A DNA stretch of 64,000 nt, taken from the NCBI RefSeq assembly GCF_009834535.1, contig NC_045696.1, positions 104,100,001 through 104,164,000 of the forward strand. Reading direction: 5' to 3'. Both the position numbers and the translations under genes were made by a program. The notes below the pieces were generated by a model. That model made no database searches and was not told the DNA's origin. It was given only the letters and a program-made list of their open reading frames with translations. Shown piece by piece: positions 52,400 through 64,000 of the stretch; within the stretch, counting starts at the first letter, position 1; each line of letters starts with the position of its first letter. Origin of the DNA: Camelus ferus (Eukaryota).

Positions 52400-53500
52400 T
52401 AAACATCTCCCCCTCAAACTACTGCTCTCTCTTTGCAGCAAATCTTTAAATTCCCTTCATTTACTGTCTCTAATTTCTCTCCCACTCCAATCAGACTTTT
52501 ACTCCCTGCTCTGCATTGCAAATTGCTAATCAAGGTCACCAAAGGTCTCCAATTCTTAAACTTAATCATTGACAGCTCTCAGATCATGTCTTAACAGACA
52601 GTAACATATGATAACTGATCACCCATTCCTTCTTAAATACTGTACATATGCTTCTTCACTTGACTTTCAGAACACATTTTCTGGGTCACTTTTTCTAAGT
52701 CTACTTTGCTGGTTCCTCCTCTTCTGATCCCTTTTGTTGAAGTTTTCAGAGGTCAGTCTTTGGTCCTCTCTTCTGCTCTATATTCACTCCCTTAGGGATC
52801 TCATCTAGGCTCATGGAACCATCGATGTTCCACGAACTACTGAATGTATATCTCTAGTCCAGACCTCTTTCCTGGACTCACCTAATATATCCATCCATCT
52901 ACACAAACTGGCTTTTTGACCTCTCTACTTCTCAAACTTCTCACATCTTAAATGGAACCCCATACTGATCTTCCTCCACTCCAACCCTATTCCATTGGCA
53001 ACCCTGTCCATCCCAGTTAACAGCAAGCAATTCCTTCCCTCCAGGTGCCTAAACTAAATACTTGGAGTTATTTCTGACTTTTTTTCCCTTCACACTCTAC
53101 ATCCAATATATTACAACCTTCTCTGACGGATGCTTACCTCTCATTTTGATTACGCCAACTGCCGAATCATTTCCCTACTTCTGGCCTTGCCTGTGTACAG
53201 TCTTTTCTAAACACAGTGACCAGAGTTAGCCTTTAAAACTCCTGCAATGACTCCTCTCATTTCAGAAAAAAAGCCAGAGTCTTTAAAAAGCCTAACAAGG
53301 CTCTACTACTTTGGCTATACTTGCCTCATTACTGTGGCTCCTACCCTAGGGTCTTTTCACTGCTTTTTCCCTCTGAACAGTTAATTCTCTCCTCTCTGGG
53401 TCTTTGTTCAAAAGTCACCTTCTCAGTAAGACCCCACCATTCCCCTACTTGGAACGACAATGCATTCCCACTATTCACCTTTATCCTGTTCCACTACTCC
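52400..53500 (+). mobile_element. L2 LINE fragment
   Basis: tcaaggtcaccaa...tctctagtccagacctct...tacttggagttatttctgact. Confidence 0.7.
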
Positions 53501-53544
53501 CCACACACCCTGCCGACTATGGCACTGAAACCTTTCAATTAATA

Positions 53545-54445
53545 ACATAATCTACTTTCCAGATAATTGTGGATATTTTTCATTATTATACTAAAACTGG
53601 ATATGTGCTGGTTCTTAAAGTTAGCTGCAATATGGAATCTGAACTGTATCAATAAACTTTTCATACTGCTGCATTAAAACCCATTGCTTCATTTTATATT
53701 CTGAATCTTTTTACCCATGCATGACACTATAACATCATGCACTGGTCATTTGAAAAATATTGTTTCACTGGGTTATATAGGGCTTCCAAATATTAACACA
53801 TTTTACTATACAATATTTAAAAAATTACATTTCCTGTCAATCCAAGATTGCAAAAATTCTAACTTTTGCTTGAAAACTCATATTTTATCAGAAGGTAACA
53901 AATGCTATCAGTGGTTTTCCTTGAAGCATCAGGCCCACTGCTTTCATTTTTTTGAGAAAATGTCTGCCTAATATTCCAGTCTGAATAGCCACAGTATGTC
54001 TATCAATCGTTCTTTCAAGAGTGGCTCCTGTGAATAATGAGGCTGGTCTGGCCTGAGGCTGAAACAACTGCAGAACCACCCTGGGAAGCAGGAGTACTTT
54101 ATTCTTATTTCTCATTCTGCCAGGCAGAACATGAAATGAAAGATGTGTACTCAAGAGTCAAGATTTAATAAAATTAATTTTTACTGCTTCAAGAACATTC
54201 TTAAGCAAAACTGGTTTTTCACATTTCAAGTGCCAAAGACGACTAGCAAGGTTTGATGCTACTGCCCCAATGCGTGTTAAGGCACGAGCAGCTCCACCCA
54301 TCACTGCTTTTGCACAATCGGTCTGAATGTCAACACAGTGCAAAGGCAAATGATGTCTTAGCATTTTTACACAAACAGCTTTAACATTTTAGATCACCCC
54401 AAAAGGGTCTTGGGAACTTCCAGGGGTCCCCGACCCACAATGCTA
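53545..54445. mobile_element. Charlie1-type hAT DNA transposon remnant
   Basis: ttcttaaagttagctgcaatatggaatctga...aaaagggtcttggga...caggggtccccgacccaca. Confidence 0.7.
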
Positions 54446-57400
54446 TACTATACCAATCCCCTTCCAGGAAAGCAAGTTTTTTTGAGAATATTTCACATCA
54501 GGATAAGCAATTTCCCTTAGTCTTACAATCTGTTAGTAAGAATGAAAGAATGCATTTTTTATGAGGGGAAAAAAAAGAAGGAAAAGGTTGTAAAAATTAT
54601 GAAAATATAGACAAAGTAAAGTGTAGATAAATCACATTAATTATACTTTAAAGTATTCTGCCCTGATCTTACAAGGAAACAGGTAATATAACAGATATTA
54701 TGACATTTCAACATAACTGACACCCAAATGTGAATTTCTTACTGAATTAATAAATAATAAATAATAAATGGGCTGATTAATTCCAGGACATAAAAAATAA
54801 ACAATTCCTTAGATAATCTGAAATCACTCACTGTATGTATTAAGCTGTCACAGGAGCTACATAGGAAAAAATTCATCCACTTAAAGGCTGAAGGTTTATT
54901 TCTCCCATTGAGACAATCTGCCTCTCAAATAGAAAAAAAGCAAACTGCCTCTTGGTGGACAAATGCAGCCAGCACACTAAATGATGTAGATCTATCAAAG
55001 AATTTTAAAACATATTGCTTATATCTTCATATACAAACATATAGTGTAATTAAAAGTACAACTAAAATTAAATCTTACTTACATCCTTTTTGCAGACTGC
55101 AATGAGTAGCTTCCATAATTCAATCAACCTAACCAATGACCTTATAAACTCTGAATATTAACCCTGGCAAAAACAAAATGGGACCAAAGGGTATGTTAAA
55201 GAAAGCACGAGTTATGCATGTGAGTATGTCACCCAGACCCAAGGTACAGTGCTGGTCTGTTTCAAATTTTCCTGATTTAATAATACAGCTACAAGGCTAT
55301 TTTAGAAATCTGAGATCCTGATAAACACATATTTGAATAAACACAATTATTATAATCATCAGGAAAACAATTCAAAGGCTCCATTTTAAGACAATTTTGT
55401 CGAAGATTCAATGTCACTGTGAAAAGTTACTTGGTTCTTGCACAGTGACTAATATAAAGATCTCTCTCCTTTTCTCTATCTGGTTATTATTAAAGTAACA
55501 AAAAAGTTTCCTAACTCCTAATTTACATAATTCTATCATGATAAAAAAAAATGAAATCTAGTTTTCTATGAAGAACATCCTAAAAATGACTGCCTAAATA
55601 CAAAATTCTGAGATATATTAGATGTCTTCAGTTAAGAACAGTATTACCAACACAACCCAATTTGTATTTCTACAATGTTCAGCATACAGACTTCCAAAAT
55701 ATTTTACAGCATTGATTTTATATAATATAGAGCCAGAAGAGTCTTTAGTGATTGTTTACCTCTCACTTTACGTGTCTGAAAAGCTGTTTGACCTTGGGTA
55801 AGTCGATTTTTTACACCTTGGTATTTTTCCATTTTTTGAAGGGGCTAAACCAGATGATCTTTACCACCCTTCCTAGTTCTAATGTTTCTCTAAAAAAGAT
55901 AAGCCAAGTTTTATTGAAATGACTTACACAACCATATATAAAAATACAATCAAGAAGAAATGCAAAGGAAGGGAATTCATAAGGCTGAGCACCTATCTTG
56001 TATCAGGCCATACATACAAGTACCTCATTTAATACTCCAAATAACCTGCACATGCTAGGTTCTTTTTGGGGGGGGGGTTGAGGGAGGTAGGGGGGGCTCC
56101 TAAATCTATTTGTGTTTAGATGCTACAAAAATTTCCTATTCTTGTTTTTAAAGAAAAAGCTAACCATAAGAGACTTTACATGTATTAATAGTAACAAAGT
56201 GGCTGATAACCCCAATCCAAACTGGGTAGTGCAATCAAGGTAACATTTCAAATAAATGTACCTCATTTTTAATAAAACTTGGTATTTGACTCTCGAATGC
56301 AGAGTAAATGTTAGGACCTAGATAGGGCCTTAGAGATCATATAGTACAGTTTCCTCATTTTATAGGTGAAGCAACTAATATCAAAGAGTTTGTCCATTTT
56401 TCACTCAAATAAAATAGTGGCTACGAGTAGCAATTAAAATAGTGGCCAGGAGTAGATGTGTGGTGTCCACACTTTTAGGAATTACCTTGTGATCTAACTA
56501 CAGGAGGGAATCCAATTATTTGCATAAAAGACATCTTTACAGGAGCATCTAGATGGCTAATAATTTTTTAAAAAATGATTTAATTTGCCAATATCACTGG
56601 CAACGTATCAGAAATACGGAAAGCAAACTCAGTCTAAATTGAGTCTCACAAATTAAAAGTATTTTTTTAAATGCCAGAACAGTGGCTGGTCTATAATTGG
56701 TGTACAATAAATGTTTGTTGAATGAATGTGCCAACCCAAGAAAACTACTGTCATCACTGGCAATAAGAGTTCATACGTATAACTCAAATTAAGACACTGC
56801 GAGTAGAACCGCGTGTATTACTTTAACATTCTTAAACTAGTCTATTTTAAAAAAAATTGTATGCCTTAAGAGAATGCGACTTTATATGGTCATAAAAGCA
56901 AAAAAAGAGCCTCAGTATAATTCACCGCAGCCATTTTCGATGACTCTTTAGGATTCTACAGATAAGAACTCCTAAACTTAAAATTGCTACGGTTCTCCAA
57001 ATAATTTGGAAAGAACCTAAAAAGGAGAATAAATTGCCTGAACAAAAGCTCTGTAGCACTCAAGCTGGCAAGCAGGGAACTAAGACTTTAGGTTTAGTCC
57101 GAATCTTACACACACAGTAACTGTTGCCAAAGCATTTGACCTCTCCCTCCCCCCACTTTCTCCTTTAAGCAAACGAAAAGCCGCGGGTGTGCTACAGGGC
57201 TGGTTTTCAGGGAAAGAATCTGATCCCAAAGGTACCGCGGCTTTGCACCGTAGCTCGCAAGCTGGGAAAGCTCGGGAAGGAAATTTTCCAAGAGCTTGAA
57301 ACCTACAGCTGTTGCGTGCGGAAGAACCTCAAAACCTTCGGGGCTGGTGCCGGAAGCCCCATGACGACCCACCGCGGCCGAGCAGGGCCCGGAAATCAGC

Positions 57401-57903
57401 TGCCCGAGGTCCGAGGTGGGGCGTGAGCGACGTGAGGCGGCCCCGCAGCCTGAGCCCCACGGAGGGAAGGAGGAGGCCCGGCGCCCATTTTGTCCTCGGC
57501 CTCCGCACTTCCCGCTCCCCCAACATCTCCCCGGCCCAGCAACCTGCGTGAGGCCTGCAGCTACGCTCCTCCCCGCCTCCCCGCCTCCTCGCTGCCCGCT
57601 AGGCCGCGGCACGGGGCCTGGGCCTGCGTGGACCCCAGCCCTGCCAGCCACTCCCTAGGCCTCGCTCAGGCTCCGCGGGTCCAAAGCCTGACTTCCCACC
57701 CAGCTTCTTCCTCCCAGCCCTCTTCGCCGGGGCCTCAGCCCCCTTGGCTCCCCCAGGCCCAGTCCCTCATCACTTCCCGCCCGGGCCGCACCCCCAATCC
57801 ACCGTCACCGGTCCCCACCCGGGCCTCGCCCTCTCAGCCCCCGGGGCTGAAGCCCCTTCACCCATCTTGCCCAAGTCTCTGCCCCAGCCCGCCTGGGACG
57901 TAC

Positions 57904-57944
57904 CCTCCGGCAAACAGATGCACCAGCGTGTCCCTCTGGCTCAT
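57904..57944 (-). CDS. SLC25A36: SLC25A36 coding exon 1 (MSQRDTLVHLFAG-G)
   Basis: Minus strand reads ATG AGC CAG AGG GAC ACG CTG GTG CAT CTG TTT GCC GGA GG|GTACGT. Matches the recalled N-terminus of mammalian SLC25A36 and lies in the CpG island. 41 nt. Confidence 0.96.
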
Positions 57945-57958
57945 TCTCTCTCCCGCAT
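57941..57958 (-). other. Upstream ORF MRERE* overlapping the main ATG
   Basis: Minus strand ATG CGG GAG AGA GAA TGA. The TGA shares nucleotides with the main ATG (ATGA). Confidence 0.7.
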
Positions 57959-58227
57959 GTCCTCCCGGCGCTGAGGCGGGACGCGGATCTAGCCGCCCGC
58001 AGCTTCCGTCCCGCACTGGAGCCGCGCGGCGCCCCAGTGACGGCGATCGGGAGCTGACGGAGACGCGGCTGCAGAAGGCGACCAGCGCGGCCCTCCCGCG
58101 GCGCTGCAGTCACGCCGCCTCCCGCTCTAGCTGGGCGCTCACCACCGGCGCTGCGGGGGCAGCGCGGCGGCGGTGGGGGCGTGAATATTCCGACAACCTC
58201 CCCCCCCCGACATAAACAGAAGCTCCC

Positions 58228-58320
58228 ATTGGTCCGCTCTGCGTGACGTCACGAAGCCGGCATGCCTCTTTCACGTGATCGCTAAGGGGTTTCTCAATGA
58301 AAGCGGCAGGGAGGCGGGGC
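58228..58320 (-). promoter_or_regulatory. Proximal promoter motifs: CCAAT, full CRE, E-box, GC box
   Basis: ATTGG at 58228-58232 (CCAAT on minus), TGACGTCA at 58244-58251, TCACGTGA at 58271-58278, GAGGCGGGGC at 58311-58320. No TATA box seen. Confidence 0.7.
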
Positions 58321-59123
58321 TAGGGCGCGTGCCCGGAGGGTAGTAGGTCAACGGGCCCTCGCACCTCCCAGCGGGCGCGGAAGGCTGCACCCGGCGCGGC
58401 CTGGGCCCACGCGGTCGCGCGGCTCCGAGCTCCACGCTCCCGGCCCAGATTCTGTGAGAAACCGCCTGGATTCCCGGTACGCAAACGGAGTAGGGGCGCG
58501 AGAGTGCCCAGTCTCTGATTTACTTTTTTTTTTTTTTAAAGGCAGTTTTAAATTCACCGCAAAATTTAAAGGGAGGTATAGAAATTTGCCATTTGCCCGC
58601 TGCTTGATTCACGTTTTAAAAATTGGATTTATGACCCAGCATTTCCGCTTCCTGGTATCTACCTCAGAGTAACGCTGAAACATTGCACGAAAAGGCTGTA
58701 CAAGGATACTCGTACAGGGTCTCAAACAACAGTACAGTGTTTTAGAACAATGCTTGTAATAGTGGAAAATTGTGATCCGTAGGAGAATGGGAAAATAAAT
58801 CATGGAACATTCCTACTGTGGAGTATTATGCAATTGTAACAACGGGTTAGGTAGATCCATATAGAAAAAAATCTCCAAGGAGTAGTGACTAAGTAGGCAA
58901 ATAGAATTAAAACATATAAGTTTACTTACGAAAGAATAAAAAAAGAACTAGCATTTACTCATTCTTCTAACCAGCCATTGTTTCTTATATGTATGCGTAA
59001 GGAGGTCAAAGACTGAAGGAAAAAAAAGTCTTTTGTTCCTTTAGAACATGTTGATTAAATATTTTAAATTTTTGTTGATTCGTTATTTCGAAGGTGCAGA
59101 AGTGCAGAAAATAACACTATCTA

Positions 59124-59220
59124 GGGGAGGATATAGCTTAATGGTAAAGTGCTTGCATAGGACGAGGTGCTGGGCTAAATCCCCAGTACCTCCATAAAAA
59201 TAAAATAAAATAAATAAATA
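59124..59220 (+). mobile_element. tRNA-derived SINE (Vic-1-like), more diverged
   Basis: ggggaggatatagcttaatggta...ccccagtacctcca followed by (TAAAA)n. TSD-like aacactatct and aacacaatct. Confidence 0.8.
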
Positions 59221-59494
59221 AACACAATCTGTATTCGTCACCCACAATGAACAAATATTAGTATTTTTCCACTTCTCTGTTTGGTAAGTTCCATTTCACC
59301 AGCAAGGCCCTCATCACCCTTTCCCACTCATGTGGGGTTATCCAGGGCCTACCTTCCTTTCTTTCTAGGGCCACTGTCTTCACAGAGTCCTCCCTGATTG
59401 CCTCAGCTCTCTATGCTCTTTACCTGCTCCTCAATTCCCACAAAATGTACAGACTGCATGCCACTGGCAAGGGTTCATCCAGACCACAGTAAAT

Positions 59495-59890
59495 GCTTAT
59501 CTGTAAAATGGGCATGAGTATCTACCACACAAGGTATTTGTGAGGACCAAACATCTTAAAATTATGTAAAGCACTATAGCAGTGCTTACATAAGAGCTAC
59601 CTACAAAAGTTAGTAGTATTGTTTTACTGCCTTGTATACTTAATAACAAAAACAGCAACAGCTGATATTTCTTGAGCACTTAATAATATGCCAGGCTCTG
59701 GTCTAAGTGTTTTACAGCATTCTCTTATGAAACTCTCACAACTACCTTATGAGCTCATCCATCTTATCCTCCTAATTTTTCATGAGAAGACTGAGATGTA
59801 GAATAATTGACTTGCCCAAGATTATCTGGTTCATCCAGAAGGAGCCTGGATATGAATCCAGTGGAGTGTCTCTGTTTCCAGAGCTTCAGT
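59495..59890. mobile_element. Two MIR fragments in opposite orientation
   Basis: atctgtaaaatggg...gtgagga (+) and gacttgcccaag...atgaatcca (-). Confidence 0.65.
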
Positions 59891-60039
59891 TGGTGAAGTA
59901 AGAGCTGCACATTAGAGGGGGAAATTTTGAAAAACAAACAAACAAAAACAAAAACAACTCAGAAAAGTAGAAATATAAATCGACACCCTGGCTGTACTTT
60001 CCCAAAACTGTTGTATTAATATTTGGAGAGGGAAAGTTT

Positions 60040-60665
60040 CTTTATTTGTTTGTAACAGTTTTATTGAGGTATTTTCATGTGCCATGAGATTCACCTATTT
60101 AAAATGCACAATTCAGTGGTTTTTAGTATATTCTCATGGTTGCACAGCCATCACCATTACCTAATTCCAGAATATTTTCCTCACCCCAAAAAGAAACCCC
60201 ATACTTGTTAGCAGTCACTCTCATTCCCCTCTCTCCCTATCCTCTGCCAACCACTAATCTCTTTTCTATCTCTTTGGGTTTGTCTAATCTGGACTTTTCA
60301 TATAAGTAGAATTACACAATGTGTGGCCTTTTGTGTCTGGTTTGTTTCCCTAAGCATAATGCTTTCAAGGTTCATTCACATTGTAGCACGTATCAGTACT
60401 TCATTCCCTTTTATGACTGAATAATAGTCCGTTGTATGAATATACCACATTTTGTTTATCCATTCTCAACTGATGGTCATTTGGATTGTTTTCATTTTTT
60501 GGCTATCATGGATAATCTTGCCATAAATATTTGTGTACAAGTTTCAGCATGGACATGTTTTCAGTTCTTTTGGGTATATACCCGGGAGTGGAATTGCTGG
60601 GTCATATAACTGTTTAACCCTTTGAGTAACTGCCAGACTGTTTTCCAAAGTGACCTCACCATTTT
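60040..60665 (-). mobile_element. L1 3' end (L1MB-like)
   Basis: aacagttttattgagg...cagaatattttcctcaccccaaaaagaaaccc...ggaattgctgggtcata. Confidence 0.88.
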
Positions 60666-61899
60666 AGATGTATTTCTTTTAAGACAATGACTGTAGCTCC
60701 ATGTATTTGGCATAGTGAATGCCATAGTAATTACATTTAACTTAGCTTCTGAAACTGGTAAGGAGGTAACCAGAGTTCTTACGTGCAGTAAGTTATTCCC
60801 ATAAAAGCAATAAGAGTTCTTAATGTGACCATTTCCTTTTGAACCTCCTTCTGATGCCATCGTGGAAGGAGACTCTGCCCCCTGCACATGCTGGCCGGTA
60901 GGTCATGGGCCACCCCCTGGGGTGTGGTTGCTGAGGCCCTCACTCTCATCATTCTCTGTGGGATTCCAGGGTTGAGTTGCCTGGCATGTTTGTGGAGGCC
61001 CCACAGCACTTACATCTGCCAGCTCTTTTATAAGTTTCTTACCTCATTCCTGTTGGTCAATGTCTTCAAGTGATTCCTTCAAGACCAGCACAGAGATGAG
61101 GTTTCTTGAGCCCTTGCCCCTTAAACAAACAAGCTTTCGGGTGCTTTTCCAGAATGATTTTAGGGCAGGGTGGGTGGGGCTAAGCCCTAGCTTTGGTGTC
61201 AGGCTTACCTGTACCTCCTCCTCCTGCCCCTGCCCTCTGCCCCCTACCCCGTCGCCCCGTGCCTGCCCAGGGGTCTTCTGGGAGTTGTAGTTTTTTAAAA
61301 AACTGACTATAGAAAGAAACTGATGGGGAAAGGGTGGCAGCAACTTGTTGCTTGCTTCAAAACAAACAAGCTCATTGTGAAGTAGAGGGGACTGCTACTC
61401 TATTTCCTGATTGATATTGACCTCAAATTTTAGTTTCTGTGGGCTGAAGAAAAGTTCTTAATAGCTATCCGTTTGTGAGGGGAGCAAGATGGATCAGTGA
61501 TGCCTTTTTTCCTGGGGGCTTAGGTTCTATTGGTCTTGTAGGTACAGAAAATTCATTTAGATTTCAAGCCTTAGATTGGAAACATTAGTTTTAAATATTT
61601 GGGTAGGATTTTTTTTCCCTAATCTTTGTGTTTTCTTTGATATTTCAGTGGGAAGTTCAGAGAGATTGTTTTATATGCTCTTAGCCAGATGCCATTTTTT
61701 AAAATTGTTTTCCTTATTTTGCTTGTAATAAAATGTAATAAGTTCAACCACTACAGAGGTGCATGAGTTAGAAATTAAAATCCTCACATCAACCTCCCTT
61801 CCTAAATCCTACTCATCAGAGGACATCATTGGTTAGAGTTGGGTAAGCGTCCTTTTCGGTACTCAGTGCTGTGATGGTAATCATCTCAAAGAGCTTTAG

Positions 61900-62080
61900 A
61901 TTTGCACAGTACTCACCATATGCTAGGTATTGTTGGAAGCACTTTCCAAGTATTTAAATGAATCCTCATTGGAACTCAAGGGGGTACATTTTACAGATAA
62001 GGAAACTGAGGTACAGAGAGCTTAGAGGATTTGTCAGGGTGATTCAAGGAGCAAGTAGCTGAGTTGGGACAGAGACCCAG
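61900..62080 (-). mobile_element. MIR SINE
   Basis: ttttacagataaggaaactgaggtacagagag. Confidence 0.75.
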
Positions 62081-62819
62081 GGAGTCTGGCTCCACAGTCT
62101 ACTCTCATCCTCTGTTCTGCACCATCTCAATTGTTTATTGGTTTATTGAGAATATTAGCTATAGTTTCTTAGAAGAAAAAAGTTGGGGGGCTTTGGAGGA
62201 ATTTAAGAAGATGTGGTGCCCAGACGGTAAAATGTGCACTTCTGTCTGAGCCCGCAGAGGAGTCTGGAGAGTAGTTGCTCCCAAATGCAGGTTTGATGTC
62301 CCATTGAGCCACCACTCCCATCAGCCACCCTGTGTAACATTTCAATCCAATTGTGGTTGAAGGCTCTCCTTTGATACACAGGTGATGAGCAGAGCTGGCC
62401 ATGGAAATAGATTAGGAGCTGGTAGAAATGGATTTCCCCAGAAGGATTCAGTTAGCTTGTTGGAAATGCTGTCCCTCAGGGAGCAATTTAGGACTGTGTC
62501 TCAGGAAGCTTGGGGAAAAAAAAAAAAACCCAAAACAAAAATCGGCCAACTTTTCCTACCCTCCAGGACAAGAGTATTAGAAAGGTAGTGAGACTTTGCA
62601 AAGAAATGGATAGACTTCGTTGAGATAAGGGTGTAACACACTTTTGTGTGAGCAATGCCTGGGACTTCAACAATAGTTTGTGGTAATACAGAAATTGTGC
62701 CCTGCCTCCCATTTAAGAAACCATCTAAGGGTCTTACCAAGGGTTCCTGTTTTGAATCTGAAACTTTCCTGTTGGCATTTGAATCTTGCTTTTAATATTA
62801 ATGCTTTGTTTTTATCTCA

Positions 62820-63735
62820 AAGTAATAAAAGAAAACAAACAACCCAATTAAAAAAAATGAGCAAAGAACTTGAATAGACATTTCTCCAAAGAAAATATAC
62901 AAGTGGCCAATAAGCACAAGAAAAGCTGCCCAACATCACTAATCATTAGGGAAATGCAAACCAAAATCACAATAAGATACTACTTCACATCCATTAAGAT
63001 GGCTATTATAAAAACAAAACAAAACAGACAAAAAGAGAAAATACCAGGTGTTGGCCAGGATGTGGAAAAGTTGGAACCCTTGTGCATTTCATTGCTAGTG
63101 GAAATATAAAAAGGTGCAGCTTTTGTGAAAAACTGTATTGCAGTTTCTTAAAAATTTAAACAAAGAATTACCATATAATCCAGTAATTCCATCTCTAGAT
63201 ATATCCCCAAAAGAATTGAAAGCAGAGACTCAAATAGATTCATTCCCATCAGTGTTCATAGCAGCACTATTTGAAATAGCCAAAAGGTGGAAACAACCTA
63301 AGTGTCCATCGTCAGATGAATGGCTAAACAAAATATGATATATACATACAATGGAATATTTGGCCTTAAAAAGTGGGGACATTCTGACACATGCTACAAC
63401 ATGGATGAACCTTGAAGATATTATGCTAAAGTGAAATAAGCTGTCACAAAATGACAAATATTATAGGATTTGACTTATATGAGGTACCTGGAATAGTCAA
63501 ATTCTTAGAGAAAGAAAGTGAAACAGTGGTTCCCAGAGGCTGGGAGAAGGGAGGATTGGGGAGTTAGTGTTCGGTGGGTATGAAGTTTCAGGTTGGGGTG
63601 ATGGAAAAGTTCTGGAGATAGTGTGGTGGTTGCTTAATGTGAATGTACTTAATGACACTGACTCATGCACTCAGACATGCTTAAAATGGTAAATTTTATG
63701 TTATGGAAATTTTACCAGAATTAAAAAAAATAGAA
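62820..63735 (+). mobile_element. L1 ORF2 end plus 3' UTR (L1MB-like)
   Basis: ORF track peptides [26 protein letters not shown] and FIAALFEIAKRWKQPKCPS are L1 ORF2 C-terminus. Confidence 0.92.
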
Positions 63736-64000
63736 CAGGCACTGCACATCATTGTAAAAAAGTAAATATATAGCATTTGAAAAGTCATAATGACTTCCTC
63801 ACTGTCTCATTTTCACTCCTATAGGTAACTGCTTTTAACTTTTAACTTTTTACTTTTTCTTTAGTTCCATATTTCTCAATACTAGCAATTCATGCTGTTT
63901 TTTCTTGATCTCCTGATTTCAGGTGTTCTCTATTATACCTCAGGCTGTAAGAGATGCAGACGTAGCTTTCCGACTCCACTCCTGTATTTCCCTCTTTCCC

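Larger units (their letters stand above)
57180..58500. promoter_or_regulatory. CpG island covering the SLC25A36 promoter, exon 1 and start of intron 1
   Basis: Abrupt rise in GC and CpG density against AT-rich flanks. Contains the start codon. Confidence 0.93.

Noticed and set aside
57106..58215. Long ORFs (241 aa on +, 181 aa on -) across the CpG island
   Set aside because: Pro/Ser/Gly/Arg-rich, non-ATG starts and no recognisable domain. Stop codons are expected to be scarce in GC-rich DNA.
1..64000. CRISPR array, operon or other prokaryote-type system
   Set aside because: The sequence is intron-containing mammalian DNA with no regularly spaced repeat-spacer array.

Overview
Mammalian genomic DNA, most likely camelid, judging by the Vic-1-like tRNA-derived SINEs and a young L1 3' end. 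The window holds one complete protein-coding gene on the minus strand: SLC25A36 (mitochondrial pyrimidine nucleotide carrier PNC2). It has 7 coding exons of 41+165+78+101+67+290+194 = 936 nt (311 aa + stop), all joined by GT-AG introns. A CpG-island promoter lies at ~57.2-58.5 kb and a ~3.7 kb 3' UTR ends near 22.67 kb. The flanks (1-21 kb and 59-64 kb) are mostly old interspersed repeats (L1, L2, MIR, MLT1, ERV LTRs, hAT remnants); Tigger and Charlie1 elements lie in intron 1. The most interesting signals are stacked post-transcriptional switches on SLC25A36: (1) a 5-codon uORF whose stop overlaps the main ATG; (2) a stop-containing poison cassette exon with two acceptors in a repeat-poor intron 4, preceded by a YAG|GTAAGT recursive-splice-like site; (3) a NAGNAG acceptor that deletes the acidic residue of the third carrier signature motif. 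Outside the gene, a near-perfect ~148 bp inverted duplication of a chimeric LTR/L1 junction sits at 13.7 and 16.2 kb. No prokaryote-type system such as CRISPR is present. Repeat family names come from recall of consensus sequences and their boundaries are approximate.
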